The notes: generated by a model not told the origin, from the letters alone. A stretch of DNA of 34,104 nt from an uncultured cyanobacterium (GCA_963749915.1 CAVVOP010000001.1:1-34104), one strand, 5' to 3'; counted from the stretch's first letter, positions 1-10,067 are shown. A program made the numbers and translations.

Positions 1-22
1 GCCATTTTTAACCCACTCCACC

Positions 23-661
23 CTAGCTCACTTTCTCGATAAATACCAAGGGAATTTCTTCAATTTCGGGAGTCTTCTTTTTGAAGAGAGTTTCTAGGTA
101 CTTAAACCAAACGTTTGGACTGTCTTCTTGAGGAAACTGGGATTGCTGAAATTCTTTCGCTTCTTGGAGTAACCGAACGGGGTCGGGGATGTCCACGTTA
201 TCTCGGTCAAAGAAGTGGTCATAAGGGGATTCTAATAATTGCTCGACGTTATGCTCTCTTGAGGCAGCAAAGAATCGATTGACCACTCGTAGTTTATGAG
301 CTTCAGCCGCTCTGGGGTTAATGCGTTTTTTAAAAATTCGAATCTCGGCTTGAACTGGCTCCGTCGATAATGAGCGCACTTCCAACCATAATTCCTGGTC
401 TCCCCGAAAGAAGAGAAAATCGCCCATGACAATCGGTTTGGCTTCTTTAGGAATTTTGGAATAAGAAATCTCAAATCTCAGCTTCTGGGCTTCATGTTCG
501 TAAGTCCAACGCCAACGCTTGAGGGCTTGCTCAAAATAGACACAGCGGAGTTTTTTTAAGACCCCTAAAACCGTCTTGGGCTTAACAACTTGGTAGTAAA
601 TCCTAACGGGTTGGCTAGGCTCTCCCGTATAGGTGGTAATCAAGGTCTTGTTTTCTTTCAT
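23..661 (-). CDS. Hypothetical protein
   Basis: 212-aa ORF with ATG start and GGAG-like RBS; no recognisable motif. Confidence 0.55.
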   Translation of the reverse strand: MKENKTLITTYTGEPSQPVRIYYQVVKPKTVLGVLKKLRCVYFEQALKRWRWTYEHEAQKLRFEISYSKIPKEAKPIVMGDFLFFRGDQELWLEVRSLSTEPVQAEIRIFKKRINPRAAEAHKLRVVNRFFAASREHNVEQLLESPYDHFFDRDNVDIPDPVRLLQEAKEFQQSQFPQEDSPNVWFKYLETLFKKKTPEIEEIPLVFIEKVS

Positions 662-759
662 CGCTCCTGTAAATCAATGCTATGTTCAAGATAACATCCA
701 GTCACGCACCTAAACCCTTTGACAATGATGAGATATTTAAAATTCTTCCAACTTGATCT

Positions 760-858
760 CTAGTGGTCTGTCAATAAAAAACTGACGGGTATTTTAAGAG
801 CAAAAAATTATAAGTTTGGATTCTTCTATTCGTCAAAATCTGCCTGACAGACTCCTAG
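760..858. repeat. ~100-bp MITE-like element bounded by CTAG
   Basis: Imperfect terminal inverted repeats CTAGTGGTCTGTCA...TGACG and CGTCA...TGACAGACTCCTAG; non-coding. Confidence 0.55.
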
Positions 859-936
859 CTTATGTATTAGGCTAAAAACGAATCGCACAACCGAGCAGTA
901 TTAGGTCACAGTATTATTCCCTTTAGGGAATAATAC

Positions 937-1755
937 CTAAGAATTCGACAAAACGTTGCCACAGTATTTACAGTATCTAGCATCGTCATCATGCTTTTGA
1001 CTGCCGCAGACAGAACAAGTTCGGTTTGAACCCTTAAATAAGGAGCTGTTTGACAAATCGACAGTGACAATTCCGGTGGGGACAGCGATGATTCCGTAGC
1101 CCAGCAGCATAATGATTGAGGCCAACAATTTCCCTAAGGGGGTTTGTGGTGCGATATCCCCATATCCTACCGTGGTCAAGGTCACAATTGCCCAATAAAT
1201 ACTGACAGGAATGCTGGTGAATTCATTAGTCTCTCCTTCGATGAAATACATTAGTGAGCCAAGAATAATTACAAGCACGAGGACAAAAGCTAAAAAGACA
1301 ATAATTTTACGTATACTCGCTTTGAGAGCTAACATCAGGCCCATCTGCTCTTGTAAAAATTGGCTGAGCTTCAAAATCCGAAAAATCCGCAGCAAACGAA
1401 GGGTTCTCACGGCTAATAAAGAGTAACTGGCGGGGAAAAGAAGACTGATATAGGTAGGTAGAACCGTAATCAGATCGACGATACCATAGAAACTGACTAC
1501 ATATCGCCAAGCACGTTTGGCTGAAATTAGACGCAAAATGTACTCTACAGTAAAAAGCAAAGTAAAGAACCATTCAGCCCATTGGAGTTCTTGACCATAC
1601 TGAATTTGAATCGCTTTGACACTACCAAGTAAGATGACCAGCACGCTAGCCAAAATACATGCTGACAGAATTAGGTCAAAAGCCTTACCAGAAATAGTAT
1701 CCGTTTCAAAGATGATCTGCCGGAGCTTTTCCCTTCGATGCAACCAAGAGGACAT
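937..1755 (-). CDS. Voltage-gated potassium channel / ion transporter with C-terminal zinc ribbon
   Basis: TVGYGD selectivity filter, S4-like RTLRLLRIFRILKL, six hydrophobic segments, C-terminal CSVC..CKYC; likely start MSSWLH at 1755 (ORF track extends to 1923). Confidence 0.92.
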   Translation of the reverse strand: MSSWLHRREKLRQIIFETDTISGKAFDLILSACILASVLVILLGSVKAIQIQYGQELQWAEWFFTLLFTVEYILRLISAKRAWRYVVSFYGIVDLITVLPTYISLLFPASYSLLAVRTLRLLRIFRILKLSQFLQEQMGLMLALKASIRKIIVFLAFVLVLVIILGSLMYFIEGETNEFTSIPVSIYWAIVTLTTVGYGDIAPQTPLGKLLASIIMLLGYGIIAVPTGIVTVDLSNSSLFKGSNRTCSVCGSQKHDDDARYCKYCGNVLSNS

Positions 1756-2147
1756 AGGAGATAGACTGAGAATATAGATATACAAGAAGTTAATTAAAGG
1801 CTCTAAATTTTCTATGATAGGGCAGTCGGAAAATTGCCGTTTTTGGTGCTTAATTAGCTGGCAGGGAGTTGTCTGTGGTCTGGTGCTGGACAGTCGCACC
1901 CAAAAATTCGCTTCGCCGGACAATTTTCCTTAGTTGGCTGGTGGGGTCTCATGCCAACTTGGGTTCTTAAACGTAATTCTCAGATGAGGTAATTTTGAAT
2001 TTTGGATTGAGATTTCTTTATTTTGAATTTTGAATTCTGCATTTCAGCACTAGTGGTGGAGAAGTCTGTGGCTTTTCTGTGTGAAGGATCTACTTAAGAC
2101 TTTTGAGGAAGGAAAATAGAGAGCAAAGACAATCCCACCCTAGAACG

Positions 2148-2357
2148 TTAATTTTGTTTCGCCTTTTCTAATTCAGCAGCGATCGCTCTTCTTGCTACTT
2201 CCTGCCAGTCTTCAATTAATCCTGCTTTGATGTCTGCTTTCAAACTAGAAGGTAATCGTAAGGTCATCTTTTCAACGCAAGGCTCATTCCAATCATATTG
2301 CTGTTTGAATCCATATTTTTTAATTTCTGGGTTTCCGCCCGGTCTTCCTTTCGACAT
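2148..2357 (-). CDS. Small putative DNA-binding protein (ribbon-helix-helix-like)
   Basis: Start MSKGRPGGNP after GGGAG RBS; MTLRLPSSLKADIK strand-helix pattern. Confidence 0.55.
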   Translation of the reverse strand: MSKGRPGGNPEIKKYGFKQQYDWNEPCVEKMTLRLPSSLKADIKAGLIEDWQEVARRAIAAELEKAKQN

Positions 2358-2378
2358 TTTTTTCTCCCTTTTTTCTCT

Positions 2379-2447
2379 ATTATAACAGGACAGACTTATT
2401 AAGAAATGTGACAATTACCAGTTTTAATTAGACAGACTTACTATAAT
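2379..2447. promoter_or_regulatory. Divergent promoter pair with repeated candidate operator GACAGACTTA
   Basis: TATAAT on - strand at 2379-2384 and on + strand at 2442-2447; GACAGACTTA at 2389-2398 and 2431-2440. Confidence 0.5.
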
Positions 2448-2450
2448 AGA

Positions 2451-2636
2451 TTGGAAGCTGCCAAACTTCTGAAGGATGAACAAGATCTGATTGGTTCATC
2501 TGAAGCCATAGCAAATATCCTTTGTGATTGGCTCTGTCAGGAATTAGAAGAAATTGAATGGAATTACCAGCATTCAAGCTTTTTGCAAAGAAAAATTTTT
2601 AATCTCGAAATGAACACCGAGAAATTAGCAGCATAA
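2451..2636 (+). CDS. Small hypothetical protein
   Basis: 61-aa ORF with TTG start; start uncertain. Confidence 0.4.
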   Translation: MEAAKLLKDEQDLIGSSEAIANILCDWLCQELEEIEWNYQHSSFLQRKIFNLEMNTEKLAA

Positions 2637-2642
2637 TTCAAT

Positions 2643-2680
2643 AGCCGAGACGGACACTAACCAAAGTGCCTGCCTCGGCT
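2643..2680 (+). other. Stem-loop
   Basis: AGCCGAG..CACT-AACCAA-AGTG..CTCGGCT inverted repeat just after the small ORF. Confidence 0.55.
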
Positions 2681-2838
2681 TATGCTCACTTATGAAGTAC
2701 TTACCACCCCACGGTAATTTCAGAATGTGGTAATACAAAAAAATAATTGATAATACACGAATTGTTTTGCCCAAGACTCTCAGCAAATGAACTTTTATTT
2801 AGCTTGAGGGTTCTCGCCTATACCCTAAGGAGAAAAAG

Positions 2839-3333
2839 ATGAAACTAACTGAAATACTGGAACGTCTGCGGCAGCCCGTTCCCCAGAATCTAATCAGCTA
2901 CAAAACCATTAAAGGCAACCGCATCGATTATATTTCTTGGGTCAATTTAGCAGATTTACTTGACGATCGAGCTGGTATCGACGGCTGGAGTTGGAGACTA
3001 GTTGACCAACAACAAATCGGCAACAGATTAACACAAGTGTGGGAGTTGAGCATTATCGGTGAAGATCGCTCTATTTCCCGTCAAGCCAGTGGAGATGAGA
3101 GCGTTGATTTAGATGCCTACGGTACTCCGTCAACCAATGTTGAAGCACAGTGCCTGAGAAGATGTTGTGCGAAGTACAATCTGGGCAGAATTCTGTGGAA
3201 GAAGGATAGAAAACAAGTTAAAAGTCCTCAGCTTCCACCTACTCCCCAAGCCGTCCAACCACAAAGCAAAAACGAAATCACCCGAGAAGAGTGGTTAAGT
3301 AAATTCAGCAGCAAAAAAGTAGAAAAAGTTTAA
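2839..3333 (+). CDS. Rad52/Rad22-family single-strand annealing protein
   Basis: LRQPVP..IDYISW..LLD..WSW and STNVEAQCLRRCCAKYNLG resemble the Rad52 fold; AAGGAG RBS. Confidence 0.7.
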   Translation: MKLTEILERLRQPVPQNLISYKTIKGNRIDYISWVNLADLLDDRAGIDGWSWRLVDQQQIGNRLTQVWELSIIGEDRSISRQASGDESVDLDAYGTPSTNVEAQCLRRCCAKYNLGRILWKKDRKQVKSPQLPPTPQAVQPQSKNEITREEWLSKFSSKKVEKV

Positions 3334-3338
3334 AAGCA

Positions 3339-3368
3339 AAAGCCTCTTCCAATAAAAGATGGGGCTTT
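3339..3368 (+). terminator. Stem-loop / possible terminator
   Basis: AAAGCCTC...GGGGCTTT followed by T-rich sequence, directly after the stop codon. Confidence 0.4.
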
Positions 3369-3398
3369 GTTCTTGTCTCCAAATTATCAAGTAAGACC

Positions 3399-4638
3399 AT
3401 GATTTCACAAATACCAACCCCCCAAAGAACCAATAAACAAAGTACAAGGAGAATTTTATCCTTTACAAAAGCAAGAGTTAATTGCTCTAAGAAAAGCCAA
3501 GCTCATCAACAATACTGCTTTTATTCATTTAGCACTGCGGTACGAAAATCCATTTTGCGACCGCCCAGTAGAAGTTAATCCCAAAGAATTCGCCCTTTCT
3601 TGGAATATACCAGAGAGCAGTATTTATAAAGCAGTCGCTCAACTCAAGAAATTAGGGTTGATTTTGATTAAATCAGGCAAACTGCTGATTGAATGGATCT
3701 CCAAATCTGGGCAAACATTATCAGAACCAGCCCCCATTAATAGTCCTGAAACTGAATTATCAGATCCGAGAATAAATTATCAGATCCGGCAAAAAATTCT
3801 CAGATCCGAGAATAAATTCTCAGATCCGGCAAAAAATTCTCAGATCCGGCAAAATCGATCGCCAGAACCATTGCCAGAACTTGATTCTAATCTCTCTCGG
3901 ACTATTCAGACTAATTCAGACTTATCAGATCAATCAGAAAGATTGAAAGATAATAGAAAGATGGAAGATATACAAGATATACAAGAAGAGAGAATAACAA
4001 TTCAAGGCAACGGGGAATGGGGAACAGGGAACGGGGAACGGAGAACGGAGAACGGGGAACTGGGAACGGGGAACAGTGAAGGGGTGTTGAGAGAAAATAC
4101 TACTCCCTACTCCCTACTACCTACTCCCTCAGAAGAAGATGAGAGATTAGAAAATGAGGAGTTTATCAAATATTGTCAGGGCAAATTGCCAAAAGCGAGA
4201 GATATTAAGCGATACCTCCTCACTAATGATAAAACAACGGGCAATCGCATCCTCGAAAGATTATGGTTAGAGTATCAGCAATGGAAAACAGGAAAGAATA
4301 ACCCCAACTCCACGGGGTCAGAATATTTTGATAACCTCATTGACGAATACCGACTTAAAAGCCGAAGCCTAGAACAAATAGCATGGGAGAAAATCTCCTG
4401 GAAGGATAAACTACCTTGTTTTGATTTATGGTTGACCAGGGCTAAAAATTGCCGTGTTGATTACATCTTTACTGATGATAATAGCTTAGGTTATACCAGA
4501 AATTTAAGGACAGTATTTTATCGATGGTACGAACAGTATTATGTTAAACAATCAGAAACAACAATACCAGAAAATCCTCAAGCACTAGGTTTGATAAATG
4601 CTTTCCGGCAAATTATGGGAGGAGGTCACTATGCTTAA
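3399..4638 (+). CDS. Putative replication initiator-like protein with N-terminal winged HTH; +1 frameshift in a C6 tract
   Basis: The frame of ORF 3658-4638 is open back to 3424 (KEPINKVQGEFYPL...EFALSWNIPESSIYKAVAQLKKLGLI, HTH-like); ATG 3399 joins it if one C of 3418-3423 is removed. Confidence 0.55.
3755..3854 (+). repeat. Five tandem 20-bp repeats (iteron-like)
   Basis: CAGATCCG core at 3761, 3781, 3801, 3821, 3841; units AATT(A/C)TCAGATCCG-AGAATA or -GCAAAA. Confidence 0.9.
4012..4128 (+). repeat. Heptamer tandem repeats (GGGGAAC)n and (TACTCCC)n, STRR-like
   Basis: About 9 degenerate GGGGAAC units at 4012-4075 and 4 TACTCCC units at 4101-4128, inside the CDS. Confidence 0.85.
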
Positions 4639-6115
4639 ATCTAAAAATTATCCTGACTTTTCTCTCAATCCTAATAATATTGGAATCGGCGATTGGGTAT
4701 TTGCCAGGGGGAATGTCGGCAAAGTAACTGATATTCATGTTAATAACGGCAAGATGTTGCAGTTTTGGGTTAATTGGGATAGTTCTAATGTTCCTAGCCC
4801 CGAACTGGCTAACAATCTTCAGAAGGTTAATAAACCTATGGCGATCTCAGATAGTATTCAGGAAGTATCAGGAAGGATTAAGCTAACTTTACTTACCATT
4901 GATGTCAATCTACAGCAGAGGGTAGAGATTAATAATTCTGTGGTGGATGATTATGCTAATGCTTATTCTGAAGGTACAGAACTTCCTCCCATTACTGTCT
5001 GGAGAGAAGAAGGGAGTGGAGAACAGGGAGTAGGGAGTAGTGACAATAATCAATTATTTGATTCTCATAATTCTGAATTAACCACCACTGCCCGTTGCCC
5101 GTTGCCCACTCCCCGTTATTATTTGGTAGATGGATTCCACCGTGTAGAAGCGGCAAAACAAGCAGGAATAACTGAATTACCCTTTATCGAAAAATCTGGT
5201 ACTTACCGAGAAGCTTTATTATTTTCTCTGACGGTTAATGCTACTCATGGACTTCGCCGTAGTAATGCTGATAAACGAAAAGCGGTAATGACTCTACTTG
5301 AAGATTCTGAATGGAGTCAGTGGAGCGATCGAGTAATAGCCAAACAGTGTGGAGTCAGTAATCGCTTTGTTAGCAATCTTCGTCAAAAATTTATTCACAC
5401 GAATCAAGATACTTCTTGTGACAATGGTAGTTTAACTGTGAACGTTCACAGTTCCACTTCGCTAAAAGACAAAAGGAAATACCAGAAAGACGGTATAGAG
5501 TATGAGATGGATATTACGAATCTTAGCTCCAACCCTTCGGGTAATTCTGACTTTCCTCAAGATGATGTTTTTTCCGAAGATGTCATTAAAAATTTAGATG
5601 AAGATAATGAGGATAACTTAGAGTTAACAGAGAATGAGGATAATTTAGAGTTAACAGAGAATGAGGATAAGTCAGAAAATCCTACTAAACCCAGTAAAGG
5701 AAAAGAGAAAATAACTAATCCCTTATCTATAGGCGATCGAGTCAGAATCAAAGATAATCATTATTTTGGTGGGCGTGAAGGAGTCGTGACCCAGATTAGC
5801 TCTGTTAATTCTCTTGTGGTTGCTTTTGATAATGACCAACGAGAATTAATCCGACTCCAAGATTTAGATTTACCATCATTATCTAAACCACAAAAACCTC
5901 AGAAGAAAGAAATTCTGATTAAAGAAGGGCTTAATTATAAAGCAGGACAAGGTTGTAAATGGTATGTTGAGGTTGAGGAAGAAGTCTATAAAGGATTACA
6001 AATATATCAGAAGAGATTGAGTACTCCTACTCTCAATGGTGCTTTTTCCCGATTCTTGGTAGAAAAGGGTATCTTAAAAACTCATCCTGATAATCCTACT
6101 AAATTGCTTGATTTA

Positions 6116-7376
6116 ACCTGAGTTCGATATAAGAAAATAGTCTCAAACTCTTAACTTATATGAGTTTTGGGTTTATACTATTTTTCGCTATTTTACAATT
6201 CTTAATGTATTAAAAGTTCTACCCAGATTAATAAGTTAATTTTTCTGAATATTTATTAAATTTCATTGCTAATATCTCCTTTTTTTTTAAAATTAATTTC
6301 ATAATCAATATGTTATTTTTTAAAAATTAATTTTTATGGAATTAGAAACACTTTTCTATGATGTAGATGATTTCTGTTTAATTTTTGAACCATCTTTTAA
6401 TCGTCAAATTTTATCATCTAAACAGAAAAAAAGAATCAAAAATAGTCGATTATCCTTGAGTGAAATTATGACTATTATTATTTATTTTCATCATTCTAGT
6501 TATCGAAACTTTAAACACTATTATCAAAATCATATTCAGGTTTATCATTTTCAAGATTTTCCTAATTTGGTCAGTTATAATCGTTTTGTTCAACTTAAAT
6601 CTTCCGCTTTAATTCCTTTAATTTTTTATCTCAATACTCGTAAAGGATCATGTACAGGAATTTCTTTTATCGATACAATGGGTATTCCTATTTGCCACAA
6701 TAAAAGAGCCAAAAGAAATAAAGTTTTTGATAACTTGGCTCATTGGGGAAAAAGCTCTATAGACTGGTACTTCGGCTTTAAATTACATTTAATTATTAAT
6801 GAATTGGGAGAAATATTGGCATTTCAAATAACAAAAGGTAATGTGGACGATAGAAAAACAGTACCTTATTTAACGAAGGATTTATGGGGTCGATTATTTG
6901 GAGATAAGGGCTACATTTCTCAAGATTTATTTCAACAATTATGGCTGAAAAATATTAAATTAATAACACCATTCAAAAAAAAGATGAATAATAAATTATT
7001 AGAATTATGGGAAAAATTAATGTTAAGAAAAAGGTCATTAATTGAAACGGTAAATGATCAATTGCAAAATATCTCACAAATAGTTCACTCTCGTCATAGA
7101 AGTCCGGTTAACTTTTTGGTGAACACAATTGCTGGGTTAATAGCTTATACATGGCAAGACAAAAAACCAAAATTGCAGTTAGAAAAAGAAGAAATAAAGT
7201 TATTACCTACATTGGTAATCTGAGCAATTAAGTAATTTTAAAAAAGATAAAATTGAGGCTAAAAACAGCAATTTTTAGCTAAATTTGTGCTGTTTATTGG
7301 TTATGAATAATTAGAAAAAAGGGGAGAACACTTATTATAGCTAGCTTCCAGCATTATTGTTATATCGAACTGAGGT
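6116..7376 (+). mobile_element. IS982-family insertion sequence
   Basis: IRs ACCTGAGTTCGATATAA / TTATATCGAACTGAGGT (1 mismatch); 6-bp TSD GATTTA at 6110-6115 and 7377-7382. Confidence 0.92.
6336..7223 (+). CDS. IS982-family transposase
   Basis: YFGFKLHL, LFGDKGY, RSLIETVNDQL, HSRHRS motifs. Confidence 0.93.
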   Translation: MELETLFYDVDDFCLIFEPSFNRQILSSKQKKRIKNSRLSLSEIMTIIIYFHHSSYRNFKHYYQNHIQVYHFQDFPNLVSYNRFVQLKSSALIPLIFYLNTRKGSCTGISFIDTMGIPICHNKRAKRNKVFDNLAHWGKSSIDWYFGFKLHLIINELGEILAFQITKGNVDDRKTVPYLTKDLWGRLFGDKGYISQDLFQQLWLKNIKLITPFKKKMNNKLLELWEKLMLRKRSLIETVNDQLQNISQIVHSRHRSPVNFLVNTIAGLIAYTWQDKKPKLQLEKEEIKLLPTLVI

Positions 7377-7497
7377 GATTTAGAAGATACTACACCTACT
7401 TTTAAGGCTTTAAATCTATCTATTACTACTATGAATCTGTTACAGCAGTATATTAATAAGCATGGGGAGGAAGCGATCATTCGATTGTTGTCGTAAT

Positions 7498-8001
7498 CTA
7501 TTTCTTTTGGTAAACCACGAAGGAATAATCATAGGGATTGTTGAGATCTTTGTGATAATCCCTTCGGCTGATTTCTTGCCATTGGCTTTTGTCAATTTCG
7601 GGAAAAAAGGTATCTCCTTCAAATTCAGCATGAACTTCTGTGACTATCAGTTGGTCAGCTAATTCCATCGTCTGTTGATAAATTTTACCGCCTCCTAAAA
7701 TACATACTTTTTTGGCTCCTTCTTCTTGGGCGAACTTTAGAGCTTCTTCAATTGAGTGAGCTACTTTAGCCCGATTTCCTTGGTATGATTTTTGCTTAGT
7801 GATGACAATTACCTGTTCATTACCGGAGAATATTTCTTGACCGGCTACTGATTCAAATGATTTACGCCCAGTAATTAAGTAAGAGCAATCTTTAAGTCTT
7901 TTTCTAAAAGCTTCTAGATCAGCAGGTAAATGCCACAGTAAGGTATTATTCTTGCCAATCACGTTATTATCAGCTTTAGCTACAATAATAATTTTTTCCA
8001 T
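7498..8001 (-). CDS. folA: Dihydrofolate reductase
   Basis: NNVIGKNN.L.WHLPADL, GRKSFES, ILGGGKIY, EGDTFFP. Confidence 0.93.
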   Translation of the reverse strand: MEKIIIVAKADNNVIGKNNTLLWHLPADLEAFRKRLKDCSYLITGRKSFESVAGQEIFSGNEQVIVITKQKSYQGNRAKVAHSIEEALKFAQEEGAKKVCILGGGKIYQQTMELADQLIVTEVHAEFEGDTFFPEIDKSQWQEISRRDYHKDLNNPYDYSFVVYQKK

Positions 8002-8191
8002 GAATTAGAAGAGAATGATGATCTTCTCTTTCAAGAATATCAAAGACAAGTTAATGGTCCCAGTATTCGCTCCTGTTTAGTCAGAGCTGTAGAGGGGCAA
8101 AAACAACAAGAATCTTCCATTAAAACTGATGATCTACATTAGCTATCCCACAGTTATTTGATGGACGACCCACGACCGAAATATTCACTGT

Positions 8192-9874
8192 TTAATATTT
8201 AATTAAAGATTTGCGCTGTTGATGATAATGTTTCAGCTGTTTTTGATATTGCCAATAAGGATTAAGAAGTATTAAGACTAAGGGTAAACCTGTTGCTATG
8301 GTTAATAATAATAGTAAAGAATTACCACTAGTTAAAGTTAAATTAATACCTGAAGTAATGCCTAAAATAGCGGTTAAGAAAGCTAATGTAATCGTTATTA
8401 TTCTAGAACAATTCTTTTCAAGATAAAACTTAATCATCATTCCTGCGGTACAACTAACTACTAAGCCTTCTATAAAGCCGATAATTAAATCCAAATCTGT
8501 GCCTAATCCGATCAACCCTACAATTATAATAAGTGAAGTAGTACTGCCCACTGCTTTTACCAACCAATCTATTTTAGAAAAACTGGCACCATATCCACCA
8601 ATACTACCAATTACTAATCCTAAAATAAAGGTTAACCAATTAATTAAATTAGGCGTAAAACTCACCATAATTCCACTTAACCAACCACATATTAATGCTA
8701 TAACAAAAAGAACAATTAAAGAGCTATAAATTAGATTTTTACTTTTGATTGAGGCGGTTTTAATCCTTAAGGGTAAAATATGATTTTGTTCCGATGAGTT
8801 AGCTTTAATAATTAACTTTCTTTTATAGATTGTTTCTGTTTTTAACTTATTAGTATCTATGATTATCTTACAGTTAATTTTATTACCCTTAAATTCTAAA
8901 GGCTTAAAAGTAATCCAAGGATGAATATTATCAATACTAACATCATATTTGGAAGATGCAACTTCCCACTTCCCCTCTAAATTTGTATCAGTAATAGGGT
9001 TATTAATAGTAACAGTTTGAGTTATTATATCTCCATAATCATTACTTTTAAAATCCAGTAGATTGGGAGTAAATTGAACATCCGGTAAACGATTAATATC
9101 TACATTTTCAATAATATTTAAAGCAGTAATAGCGTCAGGATAACGATGTTGAGGATTAATAGCCACAATGTTTTCTAGCCACTCAATCCATGTTAAACTC
9201 ATTTTATTAGAAATTAATCCTAACAAATTAAACCCCCCGTCTTGACCAATTAAACTATTAACCTTATAACTTTTTGTACCTGTAATTAAACAGGATAAAG
9301 TGACCCCTAAACTGTAAAGGTCACTATTTTTAGTTAGTATTCTTCCTCGTTTTTGTTCCGGTGGAATAAACCCTTTATTTTTGTTCATTATCGAATAAAA
9401 AGGGCAATTCAGGTTACTTAATTGAGCAAAGGCAAAATTAATTAAATAAACTTGAAAATTACTGTCAATTAATAAATTTTCTGGACAAATTTGGTGATGA
9501 AAAATGGGAGGATTTTGTTTTTGTAAATAAACTAAGATATTCAGACTAGAAATAGCAATTTTTTTAAGTTCCTCTAATGTCCATTGATTTATTAATGTGA
9601 GGGGTTTAACATCTGGATATTCTTGTACCAAATAAAATCCATTTTCAGACTCAACGCAATCTATATGATGAGGAATACCGTCATGATTTAAAGATTGTAA
9701 TAACCCCAATATTGTTTGACAATCTTTATTTGTATCCGTAGTTGTCAAAGATGGAGGAATAATTAAATCCGTTAAAATAACAGTTTGATTATTGAGATTA
9801 TTTTGAGCGAGATAATTAATGTATATATCTTCATTATGTCTGCTTAATTCGCGGATAATTTGATAGTTTTCCAA
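8192..9874 (-). CDS. Ser/Thr kinase-like membrane protein, probable pseudokinase
   Basis: LNHDGIP, YLVQEY, GFIPPEQ, SDLYSLG, RYPDA; the HRD-K-N loop reads HHQICPEN and DFG reads NFA; C-terminal transmembrane helices. Confidence 0.8.
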   Translation of the reverse strand: MENYQIIRELSRHNEDIYINYLAQNNLNNQTVILTDLIIPPSLTTTDTNKDCQTILGLLQSLNHDGIPHHIDCVESENGFYLVQEYPDVKPLTLINQWTLEELKKIAISSLNILVYLQKQNPPIFHHQICPENLLIDSNFQVYLINFAFAQLSNLNCPFYSIMNKNKGFIPPEQKRGRILTKNSDLYSLGVTLSCLITGTKSYKVNSLIGQDGGFNLLGLISNKMSLTWIEWLENIVAINPQHRYPDAITALNIIENVDINRLPDVQFTPNLLDFKSNDYGDIITQTVTINNPITDTNLEGKWEVASSKYDVSIDNIHPWITFKPLEFKGNKINCKIIIDTNKLKTETIYKRKLIIKANSSEQNHILPLRIKTASIKSKNLIYSSLIVLFVIALICGWLSGIMVSFTPNLINWLTFILGLVIGSIGGYGASFSKIDWLVKAVGSTTSLIIIVGLIGLGTDLDLIIGFIEGLVVSCTAGMMIKFYLEKNCSRIITITLAFLTAILGITSGINLTLTSGNSLLLLLTIATGLPLVLILLNPYWQYQKQLKHYHQQRKSLIKY

Positions 9875-10067
9875 TTAATTGTTCCCAGTTTTAAGGATTA
9901 TTGATAGTTTACAATTTTATTGACGGCCTATAAGTAGTAAGTGTACAAGAACTTACGCTAAGGCTGAAACTTTTTTCATGACGACTGACTTGAAAGTGCC
10001 AACTTTCATCTCTGATGGTGAAAATTTTTTTTCATGGAGACTGCCTTCTGCCTCGCCCGAAGGGCAG

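Larger units (their letters stand above)
4631..7496 (+). pseudogene. ParB/Srx-like N-terminal domain protein with HTH and KOW-like motifs, interrupted near its 3' end by IS982
   Basis: LVDGFHRVEAA, NATHGLRRSNADKRKAV, SDRVIAKQCGVSNRFV; GGAGGT RBS before ATG 4631; removing the IS and one TSD restores KLLDLEDTTPTF...KHGEEAIIRLLS* ending at 7496. Confidence 0.75.

Noticed and set aside
1991..2038. (AATTTTG)n heptamers, and similar repeats at 25630-25745
   Set aside because: Common cyanobacterial short tandem repeats
3755..3854. 20-bp repeats as a CRISPR array
   Set aside because: Repeats are contiguous with no unique spacers
5606..5670. 27-bp tandem repeat (NEDNLELTE)
   Set aside because: In-frame expansion in an acidic linker; ordinary slippage
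7440..7662. Short ORFs overlapping folA, and similar shadow ORFs over the channel, pfkA, SPFH, transposase and DGR genes
   Set aside because: Antisense or alternative frames of well-supported genes, with no motifs
8148..8190. Weak similarity to 11098-11132 (ACAGTTATT..CGACC..TCAC)
   Set aside because: Too short and gapped to call by eye; needs a formal alignment
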